Shown here in pieces: positions 27,651 through 39,631 of a DNA stretch of 64,000 bases (its first letter is position 1; every line of letters starts with the position of its first letter). The DNA lies in NCBI GenBank assembly GCA_044892525.1, contig CM097887.1, forward strand, positions 27,528,001-27,592,000, in the 5' to 3' direction. The notes beneath the pieces are model-generated. The model was not told the origin of the DNA. It made no database searches and was given only the letters and a program-made list of their open reading frames with translations. The DNA comes from Schmidtea polychroa. Lineage: Eukaryota. Both the position numbers and the translations under genes were made by a program.

Positions 27651-28220
27651 TAGCTTGTCAATGTCACTTTACACTTCATTTATTATTGACTTCTATTCTT
27701 TTATTTCTTTGATAATTTGTTTATGAAATTTGATAATTAATAATTAATGAAATTTTGTTTGTTTGCTTCAAAGAATAACTATTTACTGTCATATACTACA
27801 AGTAGGGCATCCATCCAATCTTGTTTTTGGGATTAAATAATAGTTACTTAATTTTTATAATATTTGTGCTTTAAATTAATACTGTTTATCTGAATGTGGT
27901 TCAATGTCTATTAATTTTCTTAATGAGCCAAAATTTAACCAATATTCATAGTTCCAAGCAGAAAAATACTGCTTATCAACACTTGAAATTAAAGCGTATT
28001 AAAACGGTATCAAATGATTCTAATGCTAAATTGGATGTTTCAACTGGAAAACGAAAATTACTGAATTTAAGAGCGTTTGGATATAAATTACTAATTAAAA
28101 TAAGAATTTTATATTTATTAACATATTTATTAACTCTAGTAGTAAAACGTAATGAAGTTTGACCTATTCTATAAAACTTGGCTGGAAAATCAGTTCGCTG
28201 TTTCGTGTAAACACTCATAC

Positions 28221-28342
28221 AAGTAAAATTATGCATTAATATAAGTAAAATTATTCATTAATATAAGTAAAATTATTCATTAATATAAGTAAAATTATTC
28301 ATTAATATAAGTAAAATTATTCATTATTATAAGTAAAATTAT
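28221..28342 (+). repeat. 22-bp tandem array (CATTAATATAAGTAAAATTATT)n, left terminal repeat of the Tc1 element
   Basis: About 5.5 units. It is the reverse complement of the array at 30671-30845, and a partial unit reappears at 29544 after the gap. Confidence 0.9.
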
Positions 28343-28348
28343 TGTGTA

Positions 28349-28938
28349 ATGATTAACGAATTACTGAACGCACTGGATAACAGGTGCATTAGTTGCTGTC
28401 ACCAGCCTCGGGTGGGACATTGCACTAGGGATCACACCGGGATGATTAAAAAATTAATTAAATCAAAGGTGCATTGCCCACGCCAGGACTGCACCAATAC
28501 TGTACGTGCCTCCGGGCTGGAGAGGCACATCAGAATGAAGCACCCTAACCCGCCTAATAATAATACGCCAGTGCGTTTTTTGTCACTTAATTCGTCAGCG
28601 CCGGGGGTGGCCAGTCCAATGCCGCCATTGCAGGAGGAGGTTTTTGTGCAGCCCATTGTGCAGGAGGAGGTTGTGTGGATCCCATTGTGCAGCCAGTTGT
28701 GAATGGCAATCAAGCGGTGCTGGAAGCCATACAGCAAATGGGGCAGCAATTAAGAGAAGACATGAATGCTAGAATACAGCAAAATGGGGATGCAATGCGA
28801 AATGAAATACAGCAGATGAATGGCAGGCTGAATGGCATGGAAGCTGCCATAAATGGCATGGGAGCTGCCATAAACGAAATAAATGGCAGGCTGAATTCTA
28901 TTGAGGCGAGGGTCAGTGTACTGGAGCATCACCAGTAG
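28349..28938 (+). pseudogene. GC-rich RING-remnant / SIAH-TRAF-type zinc finger plus coiled-coil ORF, one frameshift
   Basis: CISC...GHC...KVHCPRQDC...LERHIRMKH, followed by heptads (MNGRLNGMEAAINGMGAAINEINGRLNSIEARV). One missing base in the second EEV(F)VxPIVQ repeat (about 28675) would join the two ORFs. Confidence 0.5.
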
Positions 28939-28997
28939 GCCCTCAGCCAATAAGGTATTTATTAATTATTAAATTAATTATTAATTATTTATTAATC

Positions 28998-29391
28998 ATC
29001 GCGTCAGATGGGGATGAAGTTCAAAATCTCGCAGTTTACACCACTCGAATTCTTACGCTTCCCCGACCGTAAAGTAAGTCGTCTACAAACGATTTAATGC
29101 CAACACGTAAATCATTAAAAATGATTCAAACATCCAAACTATTTTCATAGAATGGTTAGAGTTTAAATATATGGCTAAGCCACATCCACTAACTTGCGTT
29201 AATGAATAATAAAATTGCCTCATTACGAGGATGGCACAAAATATCATGATTTTTAGGCGAGATTCAGACTTAGAGGCGTTCAGTCTTAATCTCTCGGATG
29301 GTAGCTTCGTGCCACTGACCTTTCGATCAAGCACATTTACCAGTGATCCGAATCTGCGGTTCCTCTCGTACTGAGCAGAATTACTATTATC
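28998..29391 (-). rRNA. 28S (LSU) rRNA 3'-terminal fragment, truncated by the gap
   Basis: The minus strand reads TAGTAATTCTGCTCAGTACGAGAGGAACCG (sarcin-ricin loop region), GAAGCTACCATC, ACTGAACGCCTCTAAGTC and GTAGACGAC, all conserved eukaryotic LSU segments. The exact 3' end is approximate. Confidence 0.95.
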
Positions 29392-29589
29392 NNNNNNNNN
29401 NNNNNNNNNNNNNNNNNNNNNNNNNNNNNNNNNNNNNNNNNNNNNNNNNNNNNNNNNNNNNNNNNNNNNNNNNNNNNNNNNNNNNNNNNNNNNNNNNNNN
29501 NNNNNNNNNNNNNNNNNNNNNNNNNNNNNNNNNNNNNNNNNNNTAAGTAAAATTATTCAATATTACAAGTAAAAAATATCGATCCCCAA

Positions 29590-30615
29590 ATGACAAATGA
29601 ATCTCAACCTGAAACTGCAAATAAAAGACGTAAAACCAGACAAACGATGAATCTGGAAATTTTAAAAAGAGTAAGAAAACAGTTAGAAAAAAATTATTCA
29701 GCAAGGCAAATTTCCGAAGAAATATCAATGAACTCCGTTTATAATTTAATAAGTAGAATAACTGATGGAATGAGTGACGAAGAAATATTAAAAAATAAAA
29801 AGGGAAGAAAAAAGCAACAAACATCCGAATTAAAAAACAAAATTAGTCAAATTTTATTAAAAGATTCGTCTTTTATTCAAAAGGAATTGTCTGAAGAGCT
29901 CCGTAAAGTGAATATTATTAAAAGTCAGAGTTCAATTTCAAGAACTCTCAGAAGTATGGAATACACAAGAAAAAGACTTGTGAAAATTCCTGAGGAAAGG
30001 AATTCACCAAAAAATATTAATGTTAGACAAAAATATGCACGCCAAGTTGAGTTTATTTCTGATGAATATCTTGTGTTTCTTGATGAAACCGGCCTGAATC
30101 TTCATCAAACGAGAAATTATGGTTATTCTCCAAAGAACACGAAGGCTGTAAAGGTGGTAAAAGGAAGCAGAGGTAAGAATATTAGCTGTATGTTAGCTAT
30201 TAAAAAGACGGGAATTCTTGCATTCGAAATAAGAGAAGGGTCATTTAATGGAGAAAGTTTTATTAGTTATATTGAAGATAAATTAACTGATCATTTTTTA
30301 AACAATCCAAACGATGTATTAGTAATGGATAACTGCAGCTTCCATCACCGAAGAGATGTTATTGATTTGTTAAATTCAAAAAATATTAATCATCGCTTTT
30401 TACCACCTTATTCACCCCAGTTAAATCCAATTGAGGAGTATTTTAGTCATTTTAAATCTGTCATGACATCTTTACATCCATTGCCAAGAAATAAAGATGA
30501 ACTAAAACTACGAATTTCTAATGTTTTTAATAATGAAAGAATTGATTTTGCTGGTTGGTTTCGTAGCATGAGAAGATACATTGAGAAGGCACTTGCAAGA
30601 CATGAATTTATATAA
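29590..30615 (+). CDS. Tc1/IS630 transposase, DD34E, apparently intact (341 aa)
   Basis: N-terminal HTH region, FLDETG, LVMDNCSFH and PYSPQLNPIEE, with 34 residues between D2 and E. No stops. Confidence 0.95.
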   Translation: MTNESQPETANKRRKTRQTMNLEILKRVRKQLEKNYSARQISEEISMNSVYNLISRITDGMSDEEILKNKKGRKKQQTSELKNKISQILLKDSSFIQKELSEELRKVNIIKSQSSISRTLRSMEYTRKRLVKIPEERNSPKNINVRQKYARQVEFISDEYLVFLDETGLNLHQTRNYGYSPKNTKAVKVVKGSRGKNISCMLAIKKTGILAFEIREGSFNGESFISYIEDKLTDHFLNNPNDVLVMDNCSFHHRRDVIDLLNSKNINHRFLPPYSPQLNPIEEYFSHFKSVMTSLHPLPRNKDELKLRISNVFNNERIDFAGWFRSMRRYIEKALARHEFI

Positions 30616-30670
30616 TTAAAATATAAATTTTAATATGATTTTATTTCTTCTTATTTTTATGATTTTATTT

Positions 30671-30845
30671 TTTACTTATATTAATGAATAATTTTACTTA
30701 TATTAATGAATAATTTTACTTATATTAATGCATAATTTTACTTATATTAATGAATAATTTTACTTATATTAATGCATAATTTTACTTATATTAATGCATA
30801 ATTTTACTTATATTAATGCATAATTTTACTTATATTAATGCATAA
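30671..30845 (-). repeat. 22-bp tandem array, right terminal repeat of the Tc1 element
   Basis: About 8 units of TACTTATATTAATG(A/C)ATAATTT, inverted relative to 28221-28342. Confidence 0.9.
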
Positions 30846-33800
30846 CCCGATTTTACAATAGCAAATGACAAAAATAACCATAGACTTCGACATGTGCAGT
30901 TTTTAGTAGCTGGATTTAATCGACAAGTTTACTTTCTATAAACAAGACAACATAATAACAGTATCTCCTTATTTACTGATTATTTAAAGTAGTACTAGTA
31001 GTACATAATCCAGTAATTCAGTATTTTTTCATTATTTAGAATTTTTCAAAGTATTGAGAAATCGTTACTTTAGGTAATATTAATGCATTGGTTATTTTTG
31101 CCACTGGCTTTAAATTTGTATGAAACTTTCACCTGTATGGAAATATTGCATGAATGAAATGGTTAGAACTTCCTGCGGTAATGTCTGAAATACGATTAAG
31201 AGTAATTTGTATATCGCCTTAATTATATTTTGGTAGTTTACAACATTTTCTATGATTTATTTTTGTGAATTTTCATTTCCCCCATATAGAATGTTCGACA
31301 TATATTTGATCACGCTTTTGACATTGAGAGTAGAAGATATTGATTTGAGAACCGCCGTTACTCGAGTGCTTGAAATAAAAACAACAACTAATACTAGACC
31401 GAAATTGCAAGACATTCAACTAGCAATCGACAAGAATCAACTGGAATGTTCGATGCGGGAAGGAAGAGCTATATCTGGAAGCCGAAAAATTAAAACTACG
31501 CTGTCATGCACTGGAAGCGACAATGGTTCAAGTTCATTGAGATGCAAAAGGCACTAAGAGCCAATCATATTTTGCAATAGTAGCCCACAAGTGTCCAAAT
31601 TTGGTAAAAAGCATATTAACTGCAAATTTAACAGTCTAAAATCAAAAGGACGGAGACCATCCGCGCAGTTATACAAGTGAAAGCTCGTATTAGTAGAGAA
31701 CCATTCTCAATTAAAAGATAGTTCACTCGTGTTTTCATATTTGCCCCTTTGGCACAATAGAAAAATTTTTTCATATTCAAATTCAATAAATTCAAACAGA
31801 ACTCCGTGATTTTACTGTTCAGAAATAATGGATGAGATGCAACATCGTTCCTGTTCATTTGTATTAAATGAATCCATACCAATTGTTATTGAAATGAATT
31901 ATGTTCCAGAGTTAGCCGAAAAGAAAAATGATCAATTTAATTATTATAAACGTTATTCGCAATTATTTTTGTTTATTATAAACATTCTATCAATAGAATG
32001 GAAATTTTGGGGAAAATGCAAAGGAGTGACTTAAAATCTTGTGAACCTCAAAGCGATAATGAACAGAAGGTAACGAAAAGTAACATAAAGAATCCCCTTG
32101 AATCAATAATTTAAGAATTAATTTGGCAGTCATGTATAAAATAATTTTAAAATAATGAAAGACAGTTTTCAATCAATAATGAAAATTAATGTTTTTCAAA
32201 ATATTTTAAATATTAATATTGAAAATTTACTTAAGATCGAAATAAAACTGTGAATAATACTCGATAGTGCTAAATTAAACAAAACATTTAAAAAGAATAA
32301 ATCGAGCAATGAATAATTAATTATTCTAATAATTAAATTTATTATTGACAATTTTGTGGATCGAACTAATTAATCGAATTATTTTATAATATGTATAGTG
32401 CTAGTAAGCAAATGTAAAACTAGTTTTCGTTAATTTGAATTTTACTACTATTTAGCTAAGGTAATACTTCCGAATGTACAGTGCTTCTTTTTTATGGTTT
32501 GTACTGCCCAATTTGTATTTACTGCTGTTTTCCTATTAAGTATTTCTTGTGCTGTTTTGGATAGTATTGTGAAAATCAATTATTATAACTTTGATTGAAT
32601 TTTCAAAGAAAATCACGAGATACAAAAAAACAAATTAGATTAGGAAGAGATTTTGAAACCAACTCATTGTGGTAGAAAATTACGAAACTGTCATCTATGA
32701 CAATGCGATGAAGTGTTAGATGATGAGGGCAGGCCCATCACTGCATTTACCCTAGATAAGTATTATAGAACAGGGCCAAACAAATATAGGGTCAATGTGT
32801 TCGCCGAAGAACGCAATTATATCTCTCGCAATCCAATGTAAATAAACTTTCTATATCTATCAATCCAATTCAACAATCCAATTTCCCAAAGAATAACTTT
32901 CAACATCCCCTGTGTATATATGATTCGAACTCTATTTTATTGACATTTGTGTTATTATTGACTATTCTTGATATTTAATTTGATCCTTTATATGTGACTC
33001 TTTTTAATTATTTTATTCTTTTATTGGTATATATGGATTATTTTATTCTGTTTTGTAGCTTGCTAATATATCTTTCTGTATGCATATTCAATATTTTACA
33101 AAAGGGTAAATTAAAAATTAATTTTAGAAATAATAAAAATAATAACAACAGTAATAATATAAAATAATCAGCGATTTCGTCTATGAATATTAAAAAGAAA
33201 CAGCTGCCTTAACGAATAAAGCAAAAAGAAATATTAAATTATAAAACATGCAATATTCAATAAGTATATAACACGCAATGTTTAACATATGGTAGCAAAA
33301 CAAATATAATAAATATTATATAATTAATATATAATATTCCGTGCGTATAGGCCGGAAATTAAAATATTTTATTTCAGTAAAATTTAGTAAATTCGCCCAA
33401 AAATTACTTAATAAGCTCCTAAATCTTGAAGAGGTAATCTCTACGAGATTTTAAATTAAAACAGAACAAAAAAGTCTACCAGAAGATTTTTTACATTTAA
33501 TCATATAACACGCTACATAACATTCTAACAAAAAATATAACACGCATCCAATTCCTTTGGATCAGCAAATTTTGGAAAAGCTCGAAAGACAATTTATGTA
33601 TATTTAAAAGGTGAATTTTTTTTAGTAATAAAACTTTACCAATTAGTCTTATTGTTATTTGTTATATAAGAACCAGACAAGTTGAGTGTTTTTGAATATC
33701 GAGACCTCAACATAAGCAAGTAAATATTTATTGTTCCATGGAAATATTATAATATAATAAAAATAAAATAGAAGTTAACTTTCATTGGATACCAATAATC

Positions 33801-34889
33801 AAATATTATAAAAGAGCATATTCCTGTAAAAATTTGAAATTACTTGTTGAATTTGCAAAGTTCTTAACGATTGAGTACTAATATGACAGTTGAAAAGTAT
33901 TTTCAATTATTAACGATTTTAAGTGTTAAATCGAAACTAAACAGAAACCTTATCAACAGAAATTTCGATAAAGGGTAATCTTCAGTATGTGAAGACTTTT
34001 AAAAGTTTGAAAAGAAAATGATACATTATTGAAAAAAATCATTCAAATGAAAAATATTAAAATAAAAATACTATAATGACTTTTTTCTTACGGATTTTTT
34101 TCCATCCTCTGTACTGATTCGGATTTAAAAATCTGACACACTTATTTTTAATAAATGTATTTAATTTTAATTTCCTATTTGAATGCCTCTAATTAAAAAT
34201 GAAATATTCATTTTAATTAAATTATTTTAAAAATTTCAATTTTCAGCAACATGTTCAAAATTAATTTTTACTACTGCACTAAAATACACTAAAATACTTG
34301 AAAAATACAAACGAAATTAAATCAATGTTATTATTATACGAAATTGTATTGACAAATACGTGCAATATAACGTTATATGCAATAAATATATACAATTAAA
34401 ACCCAACTATATCGACATTGAAACAAACAACATACAAGAATAATTGGTCATTTTTCTAATTAAAAAACTATTATATTGTTAAATCTTCCCGTAATATTTA
34501 AAATTACAGAAAAAATATATAAATTAACAGCAAAATAAGGCATAATAGTAAAACAACAAACAAGTTAAACTAGATTCTTCATCATCGACCCCAAAAATCT
34601 TGAGCTGGCCGCTCTACAGAAACAACAAATATTTAATGGGATTAAAAAGATTTCCAGGAAATAATGTAAGTGAAATAATCTAAATACGAAAATATCGGAT
34701 AGAAAAAATTGAAAGAACAACCTAACAGTCAAAAAATAGCTGCAGTTTAATGTTTTTTAAAATAAAAATAGATATCTAGAAAACGACGAATTTTGGGAAT
34801 AATTAATTATTAATATGGATTAAATATTACTTAAATTTATATATTATAGAAAATATTAAAAAAATTTCTGTTAGATATAATAATAAGAT

Positions 34890-35163
34890 TGTTGGGTTTT
34901 TATTTTTAAGTCTCTGACTTCTCGTGCTCTTATTCAACCAAATAAATCGAAATCCAACACAGAATAATTTTATTCAATTTCAAATAAATTAAAACTTGTC
35001 ACTATTTGCACCTTTTGGCTCTCTGAATTCAACACAGAAATCGATACTTTTATTACTTTTTATTACAATATTACAATTTCTTTGTACAATTTTCCGCTCG
35101 ATAAGGGGCGAATACCTTTTTTTGTACGAGTCTTACCTTTTTTTGAATTACAATATTTTAACA
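34890..35163 (-). mobile_element. Deleted LTR fragment (same family as 51685-52333)
   Basis: Shares TGTTG.GTTTTTATTT, TTGTCACTATTTGCACCTTT and CCTTTT..TGTACGAGTCT with the 51.7-kb copy. Confidence 0.7.
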
Positions 35164-37628
35164 TTAATCTAAAAATCATAAAAATGCAGAGTTATATTTA
35201 TTGAATGAGAAAAAAATAAAAACCGTAACTTTGGGTATTTATGGTTGGTAAAAAGAGAAAAGTCAAACAGAATGAATTTTTTTAAGTTGAAAGACCATTA
35301 TCACAGAGACTATATTTAAATATTTCCATCGGCTGCTCATTACCAAAGTCTCTATATGAATCCTGAAAATGTTCTTTCCAACCTATAACATTCAGAAAAC
35401 CTTGAATAAGCATAAATTTCAGAATACAAAAATTGATCCTCAAATAAATCTTGTTAACTAGAAGCTCTTAGATCGTCATCAACAGTACTTCAAATTTTAA
35501 CTACAAAGACCCCTAAAGACATAATCTCCAATATTTTATTTAGATACATTAAATTGCGATCCTATTAAATGGAACTTGAATCGATTATCATTAAATCCAG
35601 AAATGAAAAGATAGGAATATAATTCGTGGACAAAAGTGCTACAGTCTTTAGGCTACCACTATTAATGATGAAAGGATATGTATTGATATATTTGTTAATT
35701 ACTATTTTAAGTCAATTCTTAATTGTAGAAATAAAATTTAATCTAATAATATTTTGTGTATAAATTATAATAACATTTTAATGATAATATTTCAACATTG
35801 TTAATGATTATAATTTTATTATATTTAAACATGAAAAATCAATAAATTGGATTGGATTTTTAATGAAATTAACTAACTACTGTAGATTGTGATGTAATAT
35901 TTTGTGTGCTACATTATTTATTACTAATGTAATTTATTGAAATTTTATTTTATCAAATATAATATCAAAATTATAATGGTTATATTAAACGTGTAAAAAT
36001 ATTATTATTATAATAAACTAAAGGACGTTGTATTAAAGTGGTATCGATAAAAAATTCTTTTTCGTGGATATGACGCGTCAATTGAATAAAAATGTCTATA
36101 ATAATTGACATAATAATAAAAATAAATAAAAAGCACATAGGTGCATGAAGTATGATAGATAGTTTAGATATAAATACTAACTGGTTTTTCAATGAGATCA
36201 GAACCAGCAATTTCTGCGTCTAAGAAGAATTTCAAAATAGTTTACCTATTTAACTAGAGCATATAAAACTTCGAGCTCGGAATCGCATTGAATATATATT
36301 CAAACTTTTCAAATATTACAATATAAGAATAAATTAATCAATTATGTAATCTCCGTCGTTGTTTACATTTTGCTCCCACCTCTCAACCAATGTGTTGATT
36401 GTTATTTGTCCACTGGACTTCAGCTAGAAGAATCCAAATGTTGTGTTCAAGATCGGAGATGTCATGACTAAACTAAGAGTTTGGGGAGTCATCAGAATCT
36501 GACTGTTTAAAATGACCTTGGTTGTTGAGTCATGGAACACGGTTTCCTATTGCGTTTGTGATATCGTGACACTGGGGATTATTGGAAGTAGACTTAATAA
36601 GAAACTTGAATCTATTATCATATTTATTATCAAATCTATTATCTCAGTCGTTCCTCCTTTCACATCACCTAGGTCCATATTGGACCAGGAATCTACCGGA
36701 ATAACAGCAAATGACAGTTAAATAACAGTTTCAGTCTGACTCTCTGCTATGAAGATAAATATAAAGATAAATCACCAAGATTTATAAAATTTCATCTTCT
36801 CTAGTGGCCCCATGCGTTTTAACAGTCCCTTCACTTTTAACAGACAAAAACCGCAAGAAGTTACACACGAAACATAAGTTAAGGAGCATTGAAATAAAGA
36901 ACATCGACGAAAAAATACATACAAGAGCAGAAAACACCACAGTATCCATCCGATCCAAGCAGGGTAGAAAAGAAAATAATTCTAAATAATTAAAACAAAT
37001 AAATGAAGACTTTCAAAAAAATTTATTTGAATTCTATAGCTCAGCAAATTTTCCGGACGATTTAATCGAATTTAATCTAGCAGTATCAACTCCGGTTCAA
37101 ACTTTGAAACTAAGTGAAATTTTGGTTTATTTTGTATTTGTAATAATTTTTCTATGTTAACGAAATTTGTGAATGATATTAAGTTATATTAGTACTTTCC
37201 TTTCCTATTTAAATAAAATCATATTTTTGAGTTTAAATGTTAATTTTTATAAATATGGTGGAATTGAGACCTGCATTTTTCAGAGGTCAGAGAGTACGTC
37301 ACGTCTTCCTATCTAGCGAACCAAAGTGGGGTTAAATCACCCAGTTGCTGATCTCATCGGAGCTCTTTCAGGAGACTACATGCGATCAGCGGGTCTAGGA
37401 CATTAGTACCTTCATCATTTATCCCCCAGCTTATTATCCCCTCCAAATATATTGATTGAATATATTGATAACGCAGCACTAAATAACGATGATGATTGGC
37501 TGCAGGGTGATTCTCGATGCTTAAATTAAAATATTATTGTTATATATAGTCCTAGTTTATTCAACAAGATATTTTGTCCCCCTATGGTACTGGTCTTACT
37601 CAACACGTCGCAAGGGTACTGGTCACCC

Positions 37629-37698
<70 letters not shown>
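37629..37698. repeat. (TTA)n microsatellite
   Basis: Perfect trinucleotide run read directly. Confidence 0.99.
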
Positions 37699-38069
37699 GA
37701 TTATTACTGCAATGCTCAGTTTAAAAACATTGGTAGTGATTTTGCTAATAAAGATCATTTAGATTACTGCCCCCGAACAAGTACTCCTCATGATGCAGAG
37801 CTGCCAGTGAACTGTGATGCGCAGCTGTCCCCGATTACAAAACCAAATTCTCAACCAGCAAAGGGAACCATAAGAAACCTGCGCCACCACTAGCGCTGCT
37901 TGAGCCTTCATACGATTTGACTCCCAAACAAATGGCAGAAATACCGATGCCTCCGAAGATAAAAAAAGAGTCGAGCTCAATAAAAAAGATTAAAAGTGTT
38001 TAGATTTTCTTTGCCTACTAAAGACTGGTTGCGTCGTAAAAATAACTTAATGTTGCAATTTCAACAATT

Positions 38070-38782
38070 GTGTAAATATGTTATTATGAAATAAGAAAAT
38101 TTCTTCTAGTAGGCATGATCATATGGAGGCGATGTTAGTTTTAAAGACATCTACAAATTATTGGTCTATCCGAAAGAAACTGAAATTGTCACGGATATGC
38201 GGATTCGAGTATAAAGACATAATGTTATGCTTAAATTACGTCTTAAAAACCGATACCACGATGCCAAAAGACTTGTTTTTATGAGTTGAGTAAAAGTTTC
38301 TAGAGTCAGGCAGTTTGCAAGAGGGATTGCAATTAGTAGAAATGGAGAAAACTCTAGACTTCATTAAAATGAGTACGAAATTGTAACAATGTCTTGTTAG
38401 GTCATTTTAATGTAGACTTATTAATATTTTTAATCAATCTATTTTAAAACTACAAGAAACTCAGAGTCTTCACAAAACCACAATTCGATGACGAATGGTT
38501 GTACTGAAAATACCTTTTTGTTTTGATGATCTATATTTTATTTGAAGTAGAGTAGAAGAGTTTTTAAGTCTAATAGACTGCGCTTATGAGAATGTTATTA
38601 ATATTAAGTATTCAATTGCTGTAATACCTAAAGGTTTACCTAGAATAATTTGTGTTAATGATGTCGATATGTTTTACCCAGAGTCGATTACTCCTGTTAT
38701 AATGGATTCTATTAAGAGACGTTTGAAAATACATCGTAAAAAGACAGTTCCCGGATTCCGACATTCCTTCAACTTCAGCTAG
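38070..38782 (+). pseudogene. CRESS-type Rep, copy 2 (decayed, Walker A region deleted)
   Basis: KYVIMK..RHDHMEA (motif II), LNYVLKTDT (motif III), FDDLYF...VEEFLSLIDCAYENVINIKYSIAVIPKGLPRIICVND. Clearly homologous to 25486-26577. Confidence 0.8.
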
Positions 38783-39631
38783 TTCGAAATATCGGAAAAT
38801 TGTATCAAAACCTTCTTCTAATGAAATTACTGAATCCAATTTAAATGAAGCCCATGAAATATAAGTGCTCTAGATTCTCCATCCCAAAACAAATATTTTT
38901 CATTTTTATCTACACTTTGTTGTCTTCCAATTCCGTGAGTAATCATGCAGCAAGACGATCTGTGCCCTATCGATACAAGTATCAACAGTTCCAGGCGTCC
39001 TCCTGGCTAATCTTATCACCACATATTATTAAAAATCAAATTAAAGTATAATTATTGCGAAAAATTAAAATTTATAAATATGAATTTAGATTGATTGAAA
39101 TCAGATAGTATCCACTCATTCTCGTCATCACAATTTTATTCTACCGTACCGCTACCTTATGGCAATTATGTTCTTTTCGGTTACCTTCCCTAAAGCTATT
39201 TCCACCAAAATCATATTCTCGGAATTAAAATTTCCATCTTCCCTAACTAACCATATCCTAAATCAATCGATCCTCACATTTCAATGTCAGATTCTCCATC
39301 ATCTAGTTGTCCGATTATTTCTCAATCATATTTTCTGATTCCCTGCCGACAGAATAGTCGATTCATATTCAATCATCTTCATCGCAATCGAGGCGATTCC
39401 TACCTCTACATCATCGCTATTCTTCACCTCATTTCTTCTCATGCTATCACTAGATTTCCCGAACGACTTGGAATATAAATTTATCAAAATCTTCTTCAGT
39501 TTATTTCAAATCAAATGCTGACAAGGCCAATCGACACACTTTCTTCAGTTTAATATCATGAAATTTTCTCCGATCTCGGCATTTCGGATTCTAGTCACTC
39601 ATCAAATGTATGAATATTAAATGATTGTTAT

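Noticed and set aside
36360-36720. Cadherin-repeat-like translation on the minus strand (a similar SINPHTG patch lies near 8100-8150)
   Set aside because: The resemblance is weak, with stops and no DxNDN or LDRE motif; not supportable without a search.
37537-37893. ORFs with poly-Tyr or poly-Ile tracts
   Set aside because: They are translations of the (TTA)n microsatellite.
39060-39600. Purine-rich minus-strand stretch resembling retrotransposon gag
   Set aside because: No zinc knuckle or other diagnostic motif is visible.
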